A stretch of 64,000 nt of DNA from Salinispira sp. (GCA_965226555.1 CBDDDG010000014.1:160001-224000), one strand, 5' to 3'. Positions 33,227 through 44,517 are shown, numbered from the stretch's first letter. Notes: generated by a model from the sequence alone, not told the origin. Numbers and translations are program-made.

Positions 33227-34531
33227 GTGGCGGCCAGCCGTGCAGCAGGCAGCCGTGCAGCAGGCAGCCGCGCAGCAGGCAGCCGCGCAGGCGCTGCAGC
33301 GCCCCGCAGGAAAATCCGTTTTCTCATTGTCGGGCAGGGAATAGCCGGCACCATGCTTGCCTGGTCGCTTATGCGCAGGGGCTGCGCCCGAAATTTCCTG
33401 CTTGTTGATGCCGGGCTTGAGTATTCCTCAAGCTTGGTTTCCACAGCTGTTCTCAATCCTGTGGTTTTTAAGCGGATGACATTGAGTTGGGGCAGTAATC
33501 TCGTTGTGCCTGCTTGGAATATCTATGAAGAACTGGAAACATTTCTTCGCACATATGGCGGATATGAGGGAAGGAACAGCTTCCGCTTTTTACACCGGGA
33601 AAATCTTTTTCATATATTCGATGATCCTGCGGAAGAAAACCGCTGGATGGCGGCAGTTCATCGTCTCCGCCCATGGCTCAGAGAGGGACATGTACTCAAA
33701 GCGCCCCTTCCGGCAGGCGGAGGCAGCGGAGAGCGTCGGGGCGGAATAATCTACGGCAGCGGCTGGATTAATGCCGATGTTCTGCTTCGAAGTTTCAGAA
33801 CCTATCTTTCCGAATGCGGACAGCTCATCGAAGAGCATCTTCATTCAGAGCAGCTTGATATTTCTTCGGGAATCTGGAGATGCAGGCAGGGCGATGTGCT
33901 TTTCGATAGCTTGATTCTCTGTACGGGTATTCAGTACCGCTACACCTTCGGCTATTCTCTCCCGGATAGTACCCTTCCCTTTTATCCGATGAAGGGTGAT
34001 GTTCTTACCGTAGATTTGCCTGAACTGGGGTATCTGAGCGGTCTTACCGGCGGCAAGGTGATCCTCCAGCCGGTTTTTGATACCGGATCTCTGGTAAAAG
34101 GCCGCTTTCATGCGGGATCAAGCTATGTTCGGGATTTCAGCGATCCCGCGCCCTCAGAGGAGGGGAGGAAATGGATACTTTCCCAACTGAGTGAACAGGG
34201 TTTTGGAACCCCGGAGAGGCTTGCTGCTACGGTTCGCGGACATCGCGCGGGCATACGCCCCGCAAGCCGTGACCGGCTGGCCTACCTCGGTACTGTTGCC
34301 GCTGCATCTGCCGCTGATTCTGCCGCTGCATCTGCTCCTTGCGGGCGGGATCCTTTCGGGCGGGCTGCTTTTGAGCGCGCCGCTGGCGGGCGGGTCTGTG
34401 TTTTTAACGGGCTTGGTACGCGGGGCTTTATGCTTGCCCCCGCTCTGGCTGAAACATGTGCCGATTTTCTCATTAGATCACAGCCCCTGCCTGAAGAACT
34501 TTCTCCTAACAGAGTTAAGAATGTGCTATAA
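33227..34531 (+). CDS. FAD-dependent oxidoreductase (DAO family); start uncertain
   Basis: IVGQGIAG, KGDVL, GIRPA, NGLGTRG. Confidence 0.8.
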   Translation: MAASRAAGSRAAGSRAAGSRAGAAAPRRKIRFLIVGQGIAGTMLAWSLMRRGCARNFLLVDAGLEYSSSLVSTAVLNPVVFKRMTLSWGSNLVVPAWNIYEELETFLRTYGGYEGRNSFRFLHRENLFHIFDDPAEENRWMAAVHRLRPWLREGHVLKAPLPAGGGSGERRGGIIYGSGWINADVLLRSFRTYLSECGQLIEEHLHSEQLDISSGIWRCRQGDVLFDSLILCTGIQYRYTFGYSLPDSTLPFYPMKGDVLTVDLPELGYLSGLTGGKVILQPVFDTGSLVKGRFHAGSSYVRDFSDPAPSEEGRKWILSQLSEQGFGTPERLAATVRGHRAGIRPASRDRLAYLGTVAAASAADSAAASAPCGRDPFGRAAFERAAGGRVCVFNGLGTRGFMLAPALAETCADFLIRSQPLPEELSPNRVKNVL

Positions 34532-34616
34532 TCTTATTATCTTACATCAGCAAAGGATCGATCAGGATTGATCGGAAGATTCGGATTGATCGGAAGATGA
34601 GTATGAGGAGAGAACG

Positions 34617-36470
34617 ATGCAAAAGCGTCTAAAGACCCTTCATGTATTTAGTATTACTGCCGGAGCAATGATTTCATCGGGACTCTTTGTTTTACCCGCT
34701 ATTGTATATCTCAGAGCAGGGAATGGTATTATTGCGGCATATGTTCTTGCGGCAGTACTCATGATTCCAGCGCTTATCTCAAAACTGGAATTGGCCACCG
34801 CCATGCCCCGTTCGGGAGGCGCCTATTTTTTCATTCACCGGAGTATGGGGCCGCTCTTCGGCACCTTCAGCGGTCTGGCATCCTGGTTTTCATTGGCTTT
34901 GAAATCTGCCTTTGCCCTCTATGGTTTGGCATTGCTTATATCTGACATCATTACGCCATTCGTTGGCCCCCTCCCTCAGTTTGCCATTGGTCTTATCGCA
35001 TCGGCGGCTGCCCTCATTTTCGGCATTATGAATGCGCTCAGTTCAACAAAGAGCAGTAACTTTCAGGTATACATGGTTATCGGACTTCTGGGAATTATCA
35101 TTATGTTCATTCTTTTTTCCATTCCCCGCGTTAATATCCCTGAGGTACTTATGGAATCTTCCATCCGAAATTTCAATGACATATGGGTTGCAACTGGTTT
35201 GATCTTTGTGTCCTTTGGAGGGCTTACAAAAATTGTCAGTATTGCCGAAGAAGTTGAGGATCCGGGCAGAAAACTCAAATATGGTATGTTCGGAGCCTTC
35301 GGTCTCGTGTCGCTGCTGTATGTTCTTGCGGTTCTGGTTGTTGTGGGAATTTTAAGTCCTGAAGTGCTTACCGGCAGTAATCAGCCGCTTGCCGATGCGG
35401 CATCGCAGAGTATGGGGGCATGGGCGGAGTATGCGCTTCGCTTTGCTGCCGTGTTGGCCTTCCTCACAACGGGAAACGCGGGCCTCATGACGGCCAGCCG
35501 CACGCCTCTGGCGATGAGCCGCGATCGGCTCCTCCCGGTCGGTTTTGCTCATATCAATATTAAAACCCACACACCGCTTCGCGCCATTGTGCTTACAACG
35601 GTGTTCATGATTCTTGTTCTCATGACCCTCAACATAGAGCAGCTGGTGAAGGCAGCCTCTGCCATGATGCTCTTACTTTTTAGTTTTAACATTGTTTCGC
35701 TCATTATTATGCGTGAAAGTAAAATTGTCGGTTATCGTCCGCTGTACCGCAGTAAATTTTATCCTTTTATCCATATCATCGGAATTGTGGTGTATGTTCT
35801 GCTTTTCATCAACATGGGAACAATTCCATTCATCATTAGCGCCGTATTTGCCGCTATTGCCTTATTCTGGTACGTGTTTTTTGCGCGCACATTGCCTCAG
35901 CAGGATTCAGCCATTGCCCAGTTGGTGAAGCGGATAAGCCATAAAAAAATTGTTCCGCAGAAGCTTGCCCATGAACTTCGGGATATTCTTTTTGAACGGG
36001 AGCAGATTGTCGAAGACCGCTTTGATGAGCTGGTTAAGAATGCTCCTGTCATTGATATTCGTGAAGATATGGATAAGGATGATTTTTTCATCCTCGCCGG
36101 GAAGCTGCTCGCGGAGCGGCTTGATCTTTCTGCCGGGCAGATTACTCAGTTGCTGCAGGAACGGGAGGCAGACAGTACAACAGCCATTTCACCAGGCCTT
36201 GCCATTCCTCATCTGATAATACCGGGAGAAAAGCATTTTGATATGCTGATATGCCGCTGTAGAGATGGAATTCGATTTAACGGAGAGAATGACCCGATAC
36301 ACACCTGTTTTGTGCTGGCCGGTACGGCCGATGAACGGACATTTCATCTTAAAACGCTGGTTGCAATTGCTCAGATTGTTCAGAATAAAGATTTTCAGAA
36401 AGATTGGAAGAAGGTTCGCAGGGAAGATGAGTTACGCGAACTCGTTCTTCTTGCCGAGCGAAGCCGCTGA
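34617..36470 (+). CDS. APC amino-acid permease fused to a PTS EIIA(Ntr/Fru) domain
   Basis: GAMISSGLF, ELATAMPRSGG, many TM segments; C-terminal ERE..STT...GLAIPH. Confidence 0.88.
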   Translation: MQKRLKTLHVFSITAGAMISSGLFVLPAIVYLRAGNGIIAAYVLAAVLMIPALISKLELATAMPRSGGAYFFIHRSMGPLFGTFSGLASWFSLALKSAFALYGLALLISDIITPFVGPLPQFAIGLIASAAALIFGIMNALSSTKSSNFQVYMVIGLLGIIIMFILFSIPRVNIPEVLMESSIRNFNDIWVATGLIFVSFGGLTKIVSIAEEVEDPGRKLKYGMFGAFGLVSLLYVLAVLVVVGILSPEVLTGSNQPLADAASQSMGAWAEYALRFAAVLAFLTTGNAGLMTASRTPLAMSRDRLLPVGFAHINIKTHTPLRAIVLTTVFMILVLMTLNIEQLVKAASAMMLLLFSFNIVSLIIMRESKIVGYRPLYRSKFYPFIHIIGIVVYVLLFINMGTIPFIISAVFAAIALFWYVFFARTLPQQDSAIAQLVKRISHKKIVPQKLAHELRDILFEREQIVEDRFDELVKNAPVIDIREDMDKDDFFILAGKLLAERLDLSAGQITQLLQEREADSTTAISPGLAIPHLIIPGEKHFDMLICRCRDGIRFNGENDPIHTCFVLAGTADERTFHLKTLVAIAQIVQNKDFQKDWKKVRREDELRELVLLAERSR

Positions 36471-36489
36471 AGCGGCTACCGGATGACGG

Positions 36490-38256
36490 TTACTGGCGCT
36501 GCCCCGTCCAGCCGCTCTTTTCGATGAGCGCCTGTATAATATATGCGATGGCGCTGCTGTCGATATCGCAATAGCTGACAACTTCTCTGAAAAATTTTTC
36601 AGGGTCCTTCCTCACACGCTCCGCATGCGTATCCCAAGGAATAGGAATGTCCGGGTGCATGAGATAGTAGTAACCGACAAAGGCCTCAACGCCGCTTGCT
36701 ATTTGATCCTGAGGGTACTCCTGTTTGCTGAGAAGGCTGAAAAGTGTTTTGAGGCCGATTTTCCCATTTTGCCGGGGATGATAATATGCAAAGTCGGCAA
36801 AGAGGGTTTGCAGATCAACGAGCCGCTGTGTGAGCGCGCGTAATTCTCCGCTGAGTTCTGGAACCGCGAGGGCAAGGTGCGCAAGGGCTCTGCGCTCAAG
36901 GGTAATGCCATAGACCAGCACCGAGCCCCGAGCCGGCAGGGCGCCTGTCAGGCAGGCGGCGAGTTCCCGGCGTCTGTCAGTATTGTCTGCGATGAGATAA
37001 TGCCCCACTTTCCGCACCTGCATATCTGCGCGCATTGTATGAAGAGAGTAGAGAAATGGTATGTGCTCCCAAACCCCAGCCGATTTCCATGCGGGCAGGG
37101 CTTCCAGAAAGCATTCGAAGTCGAGAAAGAAAAGCGGCCATTCCAAGGAATCGAGAAATTTTCTTATGTACGCGCTGTTTATCTGTTCCCGTCCTTCAAC
37201 GACGGCGCGGTATTGAATCCAATGCTGAGGCTTAATCTTCTGTTTCAGGGGCAGTGAAATTTCCGTGAGTTTCGATATGCGTTCAACACCCTGCTGCCTG
37301 ATGAGGGAATGCAAACCCGCCGAACGGTAGAGAGAGCGGACATCATCGAGCGAAGGAACAACTTCCGTTGCGCAGAAGGTACAGCTGTTATGTCCGCAAT
37401 GCGGCAGCGAAAATTGCGAATTCGGCAGCGAAAATTGCGCAAGCGATTTTTCCATTTCTTCAAATAGGTTTTCAACCGGGCGGCGCATGAATTTATGACG
37501 TCGGCTGACCCGATGTTCTATGAAGAGACTGTTGTCTGCGCTATTCGTGCTCTGCGCATTGTCCGTGCCCTGCGCCCCCTCTGCGATTCCCGCGTTGTCT
37601 GCGATTCCCGCGCCCTGCGCGGTTCCCGCGTTGCGGTATTTTTTATTCAGCAGACGGAGAAAGGATTCTCTTATTTCATATCCGGCGCTAAGCAGTCCCT
37701 GAACTGCCCATGCAACATCTATATAGTAATTGGTTTTTATTTTTGCGTCATTTTTGAGGAGGGTAAGGCGAAGTCCGCCGTTTACATATTCAATAAGGTC
37801 AAAAAAAACAATGCGGCCCTTAATAATCAACAGCCCGTTAAGCACGGCCCCTTCCTTCTTTGTAAGCAGAGAATTGAGAACCATTCTGCTTTGGCGGTTA
37901 ATCTCTCCTACCGTTGCGGAATGTGACTCCACAAGGGAGCGTATTCGGCCGGGGTAGGGCTGCGGCGGCTGAGGCTGAGGTATCGGCGCGGCGCCCACGG
38001 GCTGCCCCTCATCCGCGGAGTGCGTGTTCGCCCACGCGGCCGTAATGTCATTCTGCTGCGCCAGCGTAACACGGTATGCCTCAAGGAAGCGGTGTGTGTG
38101 AACAGAGCCTTCCGGAAGATCGGAACATGCGTTCACCGGAACATCGTCAAGCGCCCTGCCCCCAATTTTTTTCTCCCGGTTGCGCAGCCGCGCATTGAGC
38201 TGACGCAGGCAATATCTCCCCAGATAAAGGTCATTAAGAAGTATGAGCCGATTCAT
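36490..38256 (-). CDS. DUF2779-domain protein
   Basis: FLDFE, IPFLYSLH, RLVDL..F..YYHP, YC..D. Confidence 0.7.
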   Translation of the reverse strand: MNRLILLNDLYLGRYCLRQLNARLRNREKKIGGRALDDVPVNACSDLPEGSVHTHRFLEAYRVTLAQQNDITAAWANTHSADEGQPVGAAPIPQPQPPQPYPGRIRSLVESHSATVGEINRQSRMVLNSLLTKKEGAVLNGLLIIKGRIVFFDLIEYVNGGLRLTLLKNDAKIKTNYYIDVAWAVQGLLSAGYEIRESFLRLLNKKYRNAGTAQGAGIADNAGIAEGAQGTDNAQSTNSADNSLFIEHRVSRRHKFMRRPVENLFEEMEKSLAQFSLPNSQFSLPHCGHNSCTFCATEVVPSLDDVRSLYRSAGLHSLIRQQGVERISKLTEISLPLKQKIKPQHWIQYRAVVEGREQINSAYIRKFLDSLEWPLFFLDFECFLEALPAWKSAGVWEHIPFLYSLHTMRADMQVRKVGHYLIADNTDRRRELAACLTGALPARGSVLVYGITLERRALAHLALAVPELSGELRALTQRLVDLQTLFADFAYYHPRQNGKIGLKTLFSLLSKQEYPQDQIASGVEAFVGYYYLMHPDIPIPWDTHAERVRKDPEKFFREVVSYCDIDSSAIAYIIQALIEKSGWTGQRQ

Positions 38257-39446
38257 GCGGAAATAAGCTGGTGAGTGTCAATGGCGATTTGCAGTTCCTC
38301 GTTTGTGGGTACCACAAGAATGGTAAGCGGAGAAAAATCGGTTGAAATTATTCCCAGCTGTGAGCCGTTCCCCCGATTTTTTTCCCTGTCGATAATAATG
38401 CCGAGGTTTTCTAATCGGTTACAGATGCGTTCCCGCATGGCACTATCATTTTCGCCGATGCCCCCGGTAAATATGAGAATGTCGACCTTCACCAACTCGG
38501 CCATGTATGCGCCGATATAATGCCGAACCCGATGAGCATAGACATCCAGCGCCTCATCGACAAGGGTATTTCCCGCAGCCAGCGCTGCTTCCAGATCTCT
38601 GAAATCGCTGGAAATTCCCGAGAGACCGTACATTCCGCTTTTTTTATTCAGAATAGTATTCAGCGCCTCCGCAGTGTAGCCCTGCTCAAGAAGGAAAAAA
38701 ATGATTGCCGGATCAATGTCGCCGCAGCGGGTTCCCATGACCAGCCCCTCCAGAGGAGTGAAGCCCATGGAGGTATCGACCGACTGCCCGCCAGCGATTG
38801 CGGTTATGGATGCTCCGTTCCCTAAATGGCAGCTTATCGTATGGGTGTTTTCCACTGCCCGCTTCATATACTGCACAGCCGCAATGTTCACAAAACGATG
38901 GCTTGTTCCGTGAAAGCCGTAACGGCGGATCTTGTATGTTTCATAAAATTCACGGGGAAGGCCGTAGAGGTAGGCGGCGGGAGAAATTGTTTGATGAAAG
39001 GCCGTATCGAAAACGGCAATCTGCTTCAAATGAGGAAAGAGAGCGGAGGCCTCGCGGATGCCGGTGAGATTTGCCGGATTATGAAGGGGGGCAAGCGGAA
39101 TGTTTTCCTGTATGGCGGCGAGTACCTTGTGATCAATGACCATCGATGTACTATACTGCTCACCTCCGTGCACGACCCGATGCCCCACGCCCTGTATATC
39201 ATCCATAGTGTCAATAAGCTGATCAAGAGCCTCGAAGACCAGACGCATTGCCGCGCAATGATCGCCGACCTCCAGCTCCCGCCGGTACAGCTCGCCGTCC
39301 GGCGATTTCTGGGTAATGCTGCCCATTTCAAGACCAATGCGCTCAACCATGCCCCTTCCCCGGCTCATACCTTCAGGCATGTCATACAGTTCATATTTCA
39401 GAGATGAACTTCCGCAGTTAATGACGAGAATCACATCGTCCTCCAC
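38253..39446 (-). CDS. ackA: Acetate kinase
   Basis: INCGSSSLK, GHRVVHGG, HLGNGAS, FTGGIGEN, TNEEL. Confidence 0.97.
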   Translation of the reverse strand: MEDDVILVINCGSSSLKYELYDMPEGMSRGRGMVERIGLEMGSITQKSPDGELYRRELEVGDHCAAMRLVFEALDQLIDTMDDIQGVGHRVVHGGEQYSTSMVIDHKVLAAIQENIPLAPLHNPANLTGIREASALFPHLKQIAVFDTAFHQTISPAAYLYGLPREFYETYKIRRYGFHGTSHRFVNIAAVQYMKRAVENTHTISCHLGNGASITAIAGGQSVDTSMGFTPLEGLVMGTRCGDIDPAIIFFLLEQGYTAEALNTILNKKSGMYGLSGISSDFRDLEAALAAGNTLVDEALDVYAHRVRHYIGAYMAELVKVDILIFTGGIGENDSAMRERICNRLENLGIIIDREKNRGNGSQLGIISTDFSPLTILVVPTNEELQIAIDTHQLISA

Positions 39447-39607
39447 TATTCGGTAATGAGCGCCGGTTTATGCCGCGTAGTGCACATAACACAGGAGATC
39501 ATTAGGATTTTCCTGCCGGCTGCATGGCGAGCAGCGCGACCAGCAAATAGTTTCTTTGTTTCATCCATGGTTATCTTACCATCAAATCTTTTGAGTATCC
39601 AGCCACA

Positions 39608-39800
39608 GAAAATTGTGCTCTGCACAATTTTCAAATGAGGATTCTCTCATCCATATTCTTGATTCTCTCAAGGTATAGAAAGTTTTGCCACAGGCAAAAC
39701 TTTGTTATACTCTTGATTCTCTCAAGGTATAGAAAGTTTTGCTACTGGAAATTGTGCTTGCACAATTTTCCAAGGCAAAACTTTGTTGTGGCAAAACTTT
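39608..39800. repeat. Cluster of AAA(G/C)TTT-bounded palindromic modules (type example of a dispersed family)
   Basis: Related clusters near 1697, 2230, 2532, 25389, 25617, 41312, 42379, 43269, 50170, 51895, 55317, 55775, 58419, 58660 and 62460. Confidence 0.9.
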
Positions 39801-40030
39801 GATGTGGTTTTGTAAATGATATCGGAGACTGAACGTTTGGGGTCATCTTTGGGGATGTGCTCTGAGTCGATGCGCTCTATGCTCCCGGGAACAATGCTCA
39901 GCGCGAGGTCCTTGTTGAAGTATGAATATATGAAGTCCCGGAATATCTGAGGATTTTCTGAAGGAACTGGTATGTGAGGTTGATCTGAATGTTGATATTA
40001 TCGATCTGCGCGCAGGCCGAGCGGCGATAA

Positions 40031-41080
40031 TTAATGCGATCCGTTCCGCAATGTCCGAATTTCCTCATCGCTCAGCCCCGTAATTCTCTGAACAGCCTCG
40101 GTCGACAACCCTTCCGAAAACATACTGCGAGCGTTTTTTCTCCGCTCCTCAATATGCCCCTCAGCGCGACCTGTTCGCAGTCCTTCCTGCCTGCCCTTTG
40201 TGATACCCTGCTCAAGACCTTCAATCCGACCTTTCAGAATACCTTTTTCCATTCCCTGTTCAAGACCCTCAATCCGGCCTTTCGCAATGCCTTCTCTGAC
40301 GAAGGCGTTGGTAATATTATATGTCCGCATACTGTTTTCTCCTTCAGGATATACTTCCCTGTTAATTTTCTCAAACTGTTCATACAGTCCCAGATCTTTC
40401 AGATAGCCTAGCACACTCTCTGCCAGATCAGTAAAGTCTTGTGATGACAAACCGTTCAGGAGCTGCGCAATTTCTTTCAGCCCCTCAGCATCCATTTCAT
40501 TATCTCGCATTATATACCACAACGCAGTCGATGTATATCGTTTTCCATCGAAACGCCATGCCAACTGATTCTTTGTCATTCGCCGCAGATCGCGCACAAT
40601 GTACGATACTCTCGCCCTGACATCTACCGTGCCTTCAGTCATGGATTCTGAAGCAGCATTTCCATGCGAACTGTAAAATGTGAGTGGGAGGTTCCATTCA
40701 TTTTTTCCATGGTAGAGCAGCAGTATATAGATAGCATCATTTTCATTGTACACATTGCTGTTTCTGAGGGCATATTGGTAGTCATCAATCTGTGTGAGAG
40801 CATGTTTATTCAGGTAGCTTTTGTGTTCAATAATAAATAGGGCCTTCCGGTCGGGGTCTGACAGGAAGGGGGCGCTGACAACGAGATCGCAGTGAAGGTT
40901 CTTTTTTCCCGCAATGTAGCTGGGGTTTTCAATGCGGATTTTGTCCATGTCCAGCTTGGTAAGAGTCGTATCCTCACAGAACAGCCGCAGCAGGTCGGGA
41001 ATCATACGGGGGGTTCTGTAGTAGGCGATCTTAAAGGCTATGTCGTGGATGTGGCCTGTGCTCTGGGATGATTTTTTCAT
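40031..41080 (-). CDS. Rpn family nuclease (intact), internal start at 40330
   Basis: HDIAFK, CDLV, IIEHKS, LLYHG; GAAGGAGA before MRTYN. Confidence 0.9.
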   Translation of the reverse strand: MKKSSQSTGHIHDIAFKIAYYRTPRMIPDLLRLFCEDTTLTKLDMDKIRIENPSYIAGKKNLHCDLVVSAPFLSDPDRKALFIIEHKSYLNKHALTQIDDYQYALRNSNVYNENDAIYILLLYHGKNEWNLPLTFYSSHGNAASESMTEGTVDVRARVSYIVRDLRRMTKNQLAWRFDGKRYTSTALWYIMRDNEMDAEGLKEIAQLLNGLSSQDFTDLAESVLGYLKDLGLYEQFEKINREVYPEGENSMRTYNITNAFVREGIAKGRIEGLEQGMEKGILKGRIEGLEQGITKGRQEGLRTGRAEGHIEERRKNARSMFSEGLSTEAVQRITGLSDEEIRTLRNGSH

Positions 41081-41754
41081 ACATTTTCCTCCTATATCTA
41101 TGACGGGTAAAATGTCATTCTTGACTATGTATTTTGAAAGAATTTGAAAAGAAATTGAAAGAATGTTGTGAATTTTTTTCGGGGAGTCGGGAATGGCGGG
41201 CTGATATGCTCTGTGTCGATATATTTTCCGCTCATACTATATAGACGGGTAAAATATGAATGGTGAATATGAGAAATTTTTTGAAAAAGTTTTATTATTT
41301 TGAGATATTACAAAGTTTTGCTACTGAAAATTGTGCTCTGCACAATTTTCAAATGAGGATTCTCTCATCCATATTCTTGATTCTCTCAAGGTATAGAAAG
41401 TTTTGCCACAGGCAAAACTTTGTTATATTCTTGATTCTCTCAAGATATAGAAAGTTTTGCTACTGGAAATTGTGCTTGCACAATTTTCCAAGGCAAAACT
41501 TTGGTGTGGCAAAACTTTGATGTGGTTTTGTAAATGATATCGGAGACTGAACGTTTGGGGTCATCTTTGGGGATGTGCTCTGAGTCGATGCGCTCTATGC
41601 TCCCGGGAACAATGCTCAGCGCGAGGTCCTTGTTGAAGTATGAATATATGAAGTCCCGGAATATCTGAGGATTCTCTGAAGGAACTGGTATGTGAGGTTG
41701 ATCTGAATGTTGATATTATCCGATCTGCGCGCAGGCCGAGCGGCGATAATTAAT

Positions 41755-41874
41755 GGGAACCTCTGGAAACTCGAAATTTTCATGATTCATTGCGTAAAAC
41801 AACGTTGTTTTAAGCTCAATCATGCGGTCACTGGTTAATTTTTTCTGCCAGATATTAGGTTTCCAGATGTTCCC
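41755..41874. mobile_element. 120-bp MITE
   Basis: 16-bp TIR GGGAACCTCTGGAAAC/GTTTCCAGATGTTCCC (1 mismatch), TSD TAAT; absent from the paralogous site at 40030. Confidence 0.9.
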
Positions 41875-43041
41875 TAATGCGATCCGTTCCGCAATGTCCG
41901 AATTTCCTCATCGCTCAGCCCCGTAATTCTCTGAACAGCCTCTGTCGACAAGCCTTCCGAAAACATACTGCGAGCGTTTTTTCTCCGCTCCTCAATATGC
42001 CCCTCCGCGCGACCTTTCAGAATACCTTTCTCAATGCCCTCAGCCCTGCCCTTTGTGATACCCTGATCAAGACCTTCAATCCGGCCCTTCAGAACGCCTT
42101 TCTCCATGCCCTCAGCCCTGCCCTTTGTGATACCCTGCTCAAGACCCTCAATCCGGCCCTTCGCAATGCCTTCTCTGACGAAGGCGTTGGTAATATTATA
42201 TGTCCGCATACTGTTTTCTCCTTCAGAATATAGTTCCCTGTCAATTTTCTCAAACTGTCCATACAGTCCCAAGTCCTTCAGGTACCCTAGCACACTCTCT
42301 GCCAGATCAGTAAAGTCTTGTGATGACAGACCGTTCAGGAGCTGCGCAATCTCTTTCAGCCCCTCAGCATCCATTTCACTGAAAATTGTGCTCTGCACAA
42401 TTTTCAAATGAGGATTCTCTCATCTATACTCTTGATTCTCTCACGGTATAGAAAGTTTTTCCTAAAGGAAAAACTTTGTTATTATCTCGCATTATATACC
42501 ACAACGCAGTCGATGTATATCGTTTTTCATCGGAACGCCATGCCAACTGCTCCTTTTTCATTCGCCTCAGATCGCGCACAATGTACGACACTCTCGCCCT
42601 GACATCCACCATGGATTCGGAGGTTGTCTTTTCATGAGAACTGTAAAATGTGAGTGGGAGGTTCCATTCCTTTTTTCCGTGGTAGAGCAGAAGTATATAG
42701 ATAGCATCCCTTTCATTGTACACATTGCTGTTTCTGAGGGCATGCTGATAATTATCGATTTGAGTGAGAACGTGTTTGTGCTGGTAGCTTTTGTGTTCAA
42801 TAATAAACAGAGATTTCCGCTCGGGGTCTGACAGGAAGGGGGCGCTGACAACGAGATCGCAGAGAAGGTTCTTTTTTCCTGCAATGTAGCTGGGGGTTTC
42901 AATGCGGATTTTGTCCAGATCCAGCTTGGCAAGCGTTGTATCCTCACAGAACAGCCGCAGCAGGTCGGGAACCATACGGGGGGTTCTGTAGTAGGCGATC
43001 TTAAAAGCAATATCATGGATATTGTATCCGGCATTACTCAT
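41874..43041 (-). pseudogene. Rpn family nuclease broken by a 103-bp palindromic insertion; RpnS part (41874-42209) intact
   Basis: ORFs 42424-43041 and 41874-42407 join once 42379-42481 is removed. Confidence 0.9.
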
Positions 43042-43560
43042 ACATACCTCCTGTTATATCTATAACGGGTAAAAAGTCATTTTTAACTATGTTTTTTGAA
43101 AGAATTTTGCAAAATTTGTGAATTTTTTTCGGGGAGTCGGGAATGGCGGGCTGATATGCTCTGTGTCGATATATTTTCCGCTCATACTATATAGACGGGT
43201 AAAATATGAACGGTGAATGATAAAATGAGAAAGTTTTTCAAAAAGTTTCTATTATTTTGAGATATTACAAATTTTTGCATTGGAAAATTGTGCTTGCACA
43301 ATTTCCAGTAGCAAAACTTCTATAAAATAGGAGAATGCTAAGCACAAAGACAGCATTCCAAATGAGATATTAGCCTGATCCAGACTCATGGGCGAGCCGG
43401 ATGCTTGGGCGAGCAGCGCTGAAGCGCCGACCAGCCTAGGAGACGCGGCCTCCCCAACCAGCAACAGTCGCATGGTGAGCAATCGAAAAAAGGCAGGAGC
43501 GGGTTCTCCGCTCCTGCCTGAGTTGAATTGCAACATTTCAATAGCCGCTGGGCTATGAAA

Positions 43561-43810
43561 CTAAAACCATGTCGGCGGCGTTGTTACGCCAGAACCATTA
43601 AACATATTTGTTTTGTTTCCGGTATATTTGCCATTAGCATCAAGCGTCCAATGTTCCTTCCACTCCTCAAGATTCTGATTGAATGCGCTTGCGTTCAGGA
43701 ACATAGCGTCCATAGTCGTTACCGAACTGACATCCCAGCCGGAAATGTCGCGATTGAATGCGCTTGTAAAATAGAATATATTGTTCATATTCGTTACCGA
43801 ACTGACATCC
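43561..43810 (-). pseudogene. 3' fragment of a DUF285 surface-protein gene
   Basis: FNRDISGWDVS..FNQNLEEWKEHW..PPTWF plus the conserved 3' UTR. Confidence 0.85.
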
Positions 43811-43828
43811 TAGGCCGAGCGGCTCCAA

Positions 43829-44461
43829 TTAATGCGATCCGTTCCGCACTGTCCGCATTTCCTCATCGCTCAGCCCGGTAATCCTCTGAACAGCCTCAGT
43901 TGACAAGCCTTCCGAAAACATACTGCGGGCCGTTTCTCGAATGCCTTCTTCACGGCCTGTCCGCAGTCCTTCCTGCCGACCTTTCAGAATGCCTTTCTCC
44001 ATGCCTTGGTTGACAAACCAATCGCTCATCTGAACTTTTTTCATCATACGTCTTTCTCCTTCGGGATTTATTTCCCTGTTGATTTTTTCAAAGCGTGTAT
44101 CCAGTTTCAAGGCCTTCATATAGAGCAGAAGGTTCGGGATCATCTCTCGGGAATTCTCTGCGGGAAGTTCCTTCAGATACTTCGCAACCTTCCGCAAGTC
44201 TTCATCGCCTGTCTTACTGACTTTCCGCATAATATAGCACAGAGCTCCCCCTGTCAACACAACTCCGTCTGACCCACGGGTAAACTCCTCCTCGCTCATC
44301 CTATTCAAATCGACCATAATAGGCCTATTGAGAACCTTTGGCCTCGCAAGGTATTTTTCCATCATTGTGTACAATTTTTCCGGTATGTGTGTATGTATAT
44401 CTTGGGAACTGTGAAAACTGAGATTTCCTTCCCATAGTGCTTCGCCATGGTACCATAACAC
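43829..44461 (-). pseudogene. Rpn lacking its N-terminal nuclease motifs; internal start at 44047
   Basis: Begins at LWYHG; GAAGGAGA before MMKK; conserved TGLSDEE tail. Confidence 0.8.
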
Positions 44462-44517
44462 TCTCCTCTCCCTATAGTATCGTGCTTAGAAGAGTGTCCG
44501 TTAAATCGAAGCAAGAT

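Larger units (their letters stand above)
39606..43270 (-). repeat. Tandem duplication of an Rpn unit (39606-41322 and 41323-43270)
   Basis: About 430-bp downstream flanks near-identical and leaders similar; coding parts more diverged. Confidence 0.85.

Noticed and set aside
39446..39634. Short ORFs made of palindrome sequence (MKIVQSTIF.., MRILSSI.., MLLEIV..)
   Set aside because: They are translations of the repeat modules and recur wherever the modules do.
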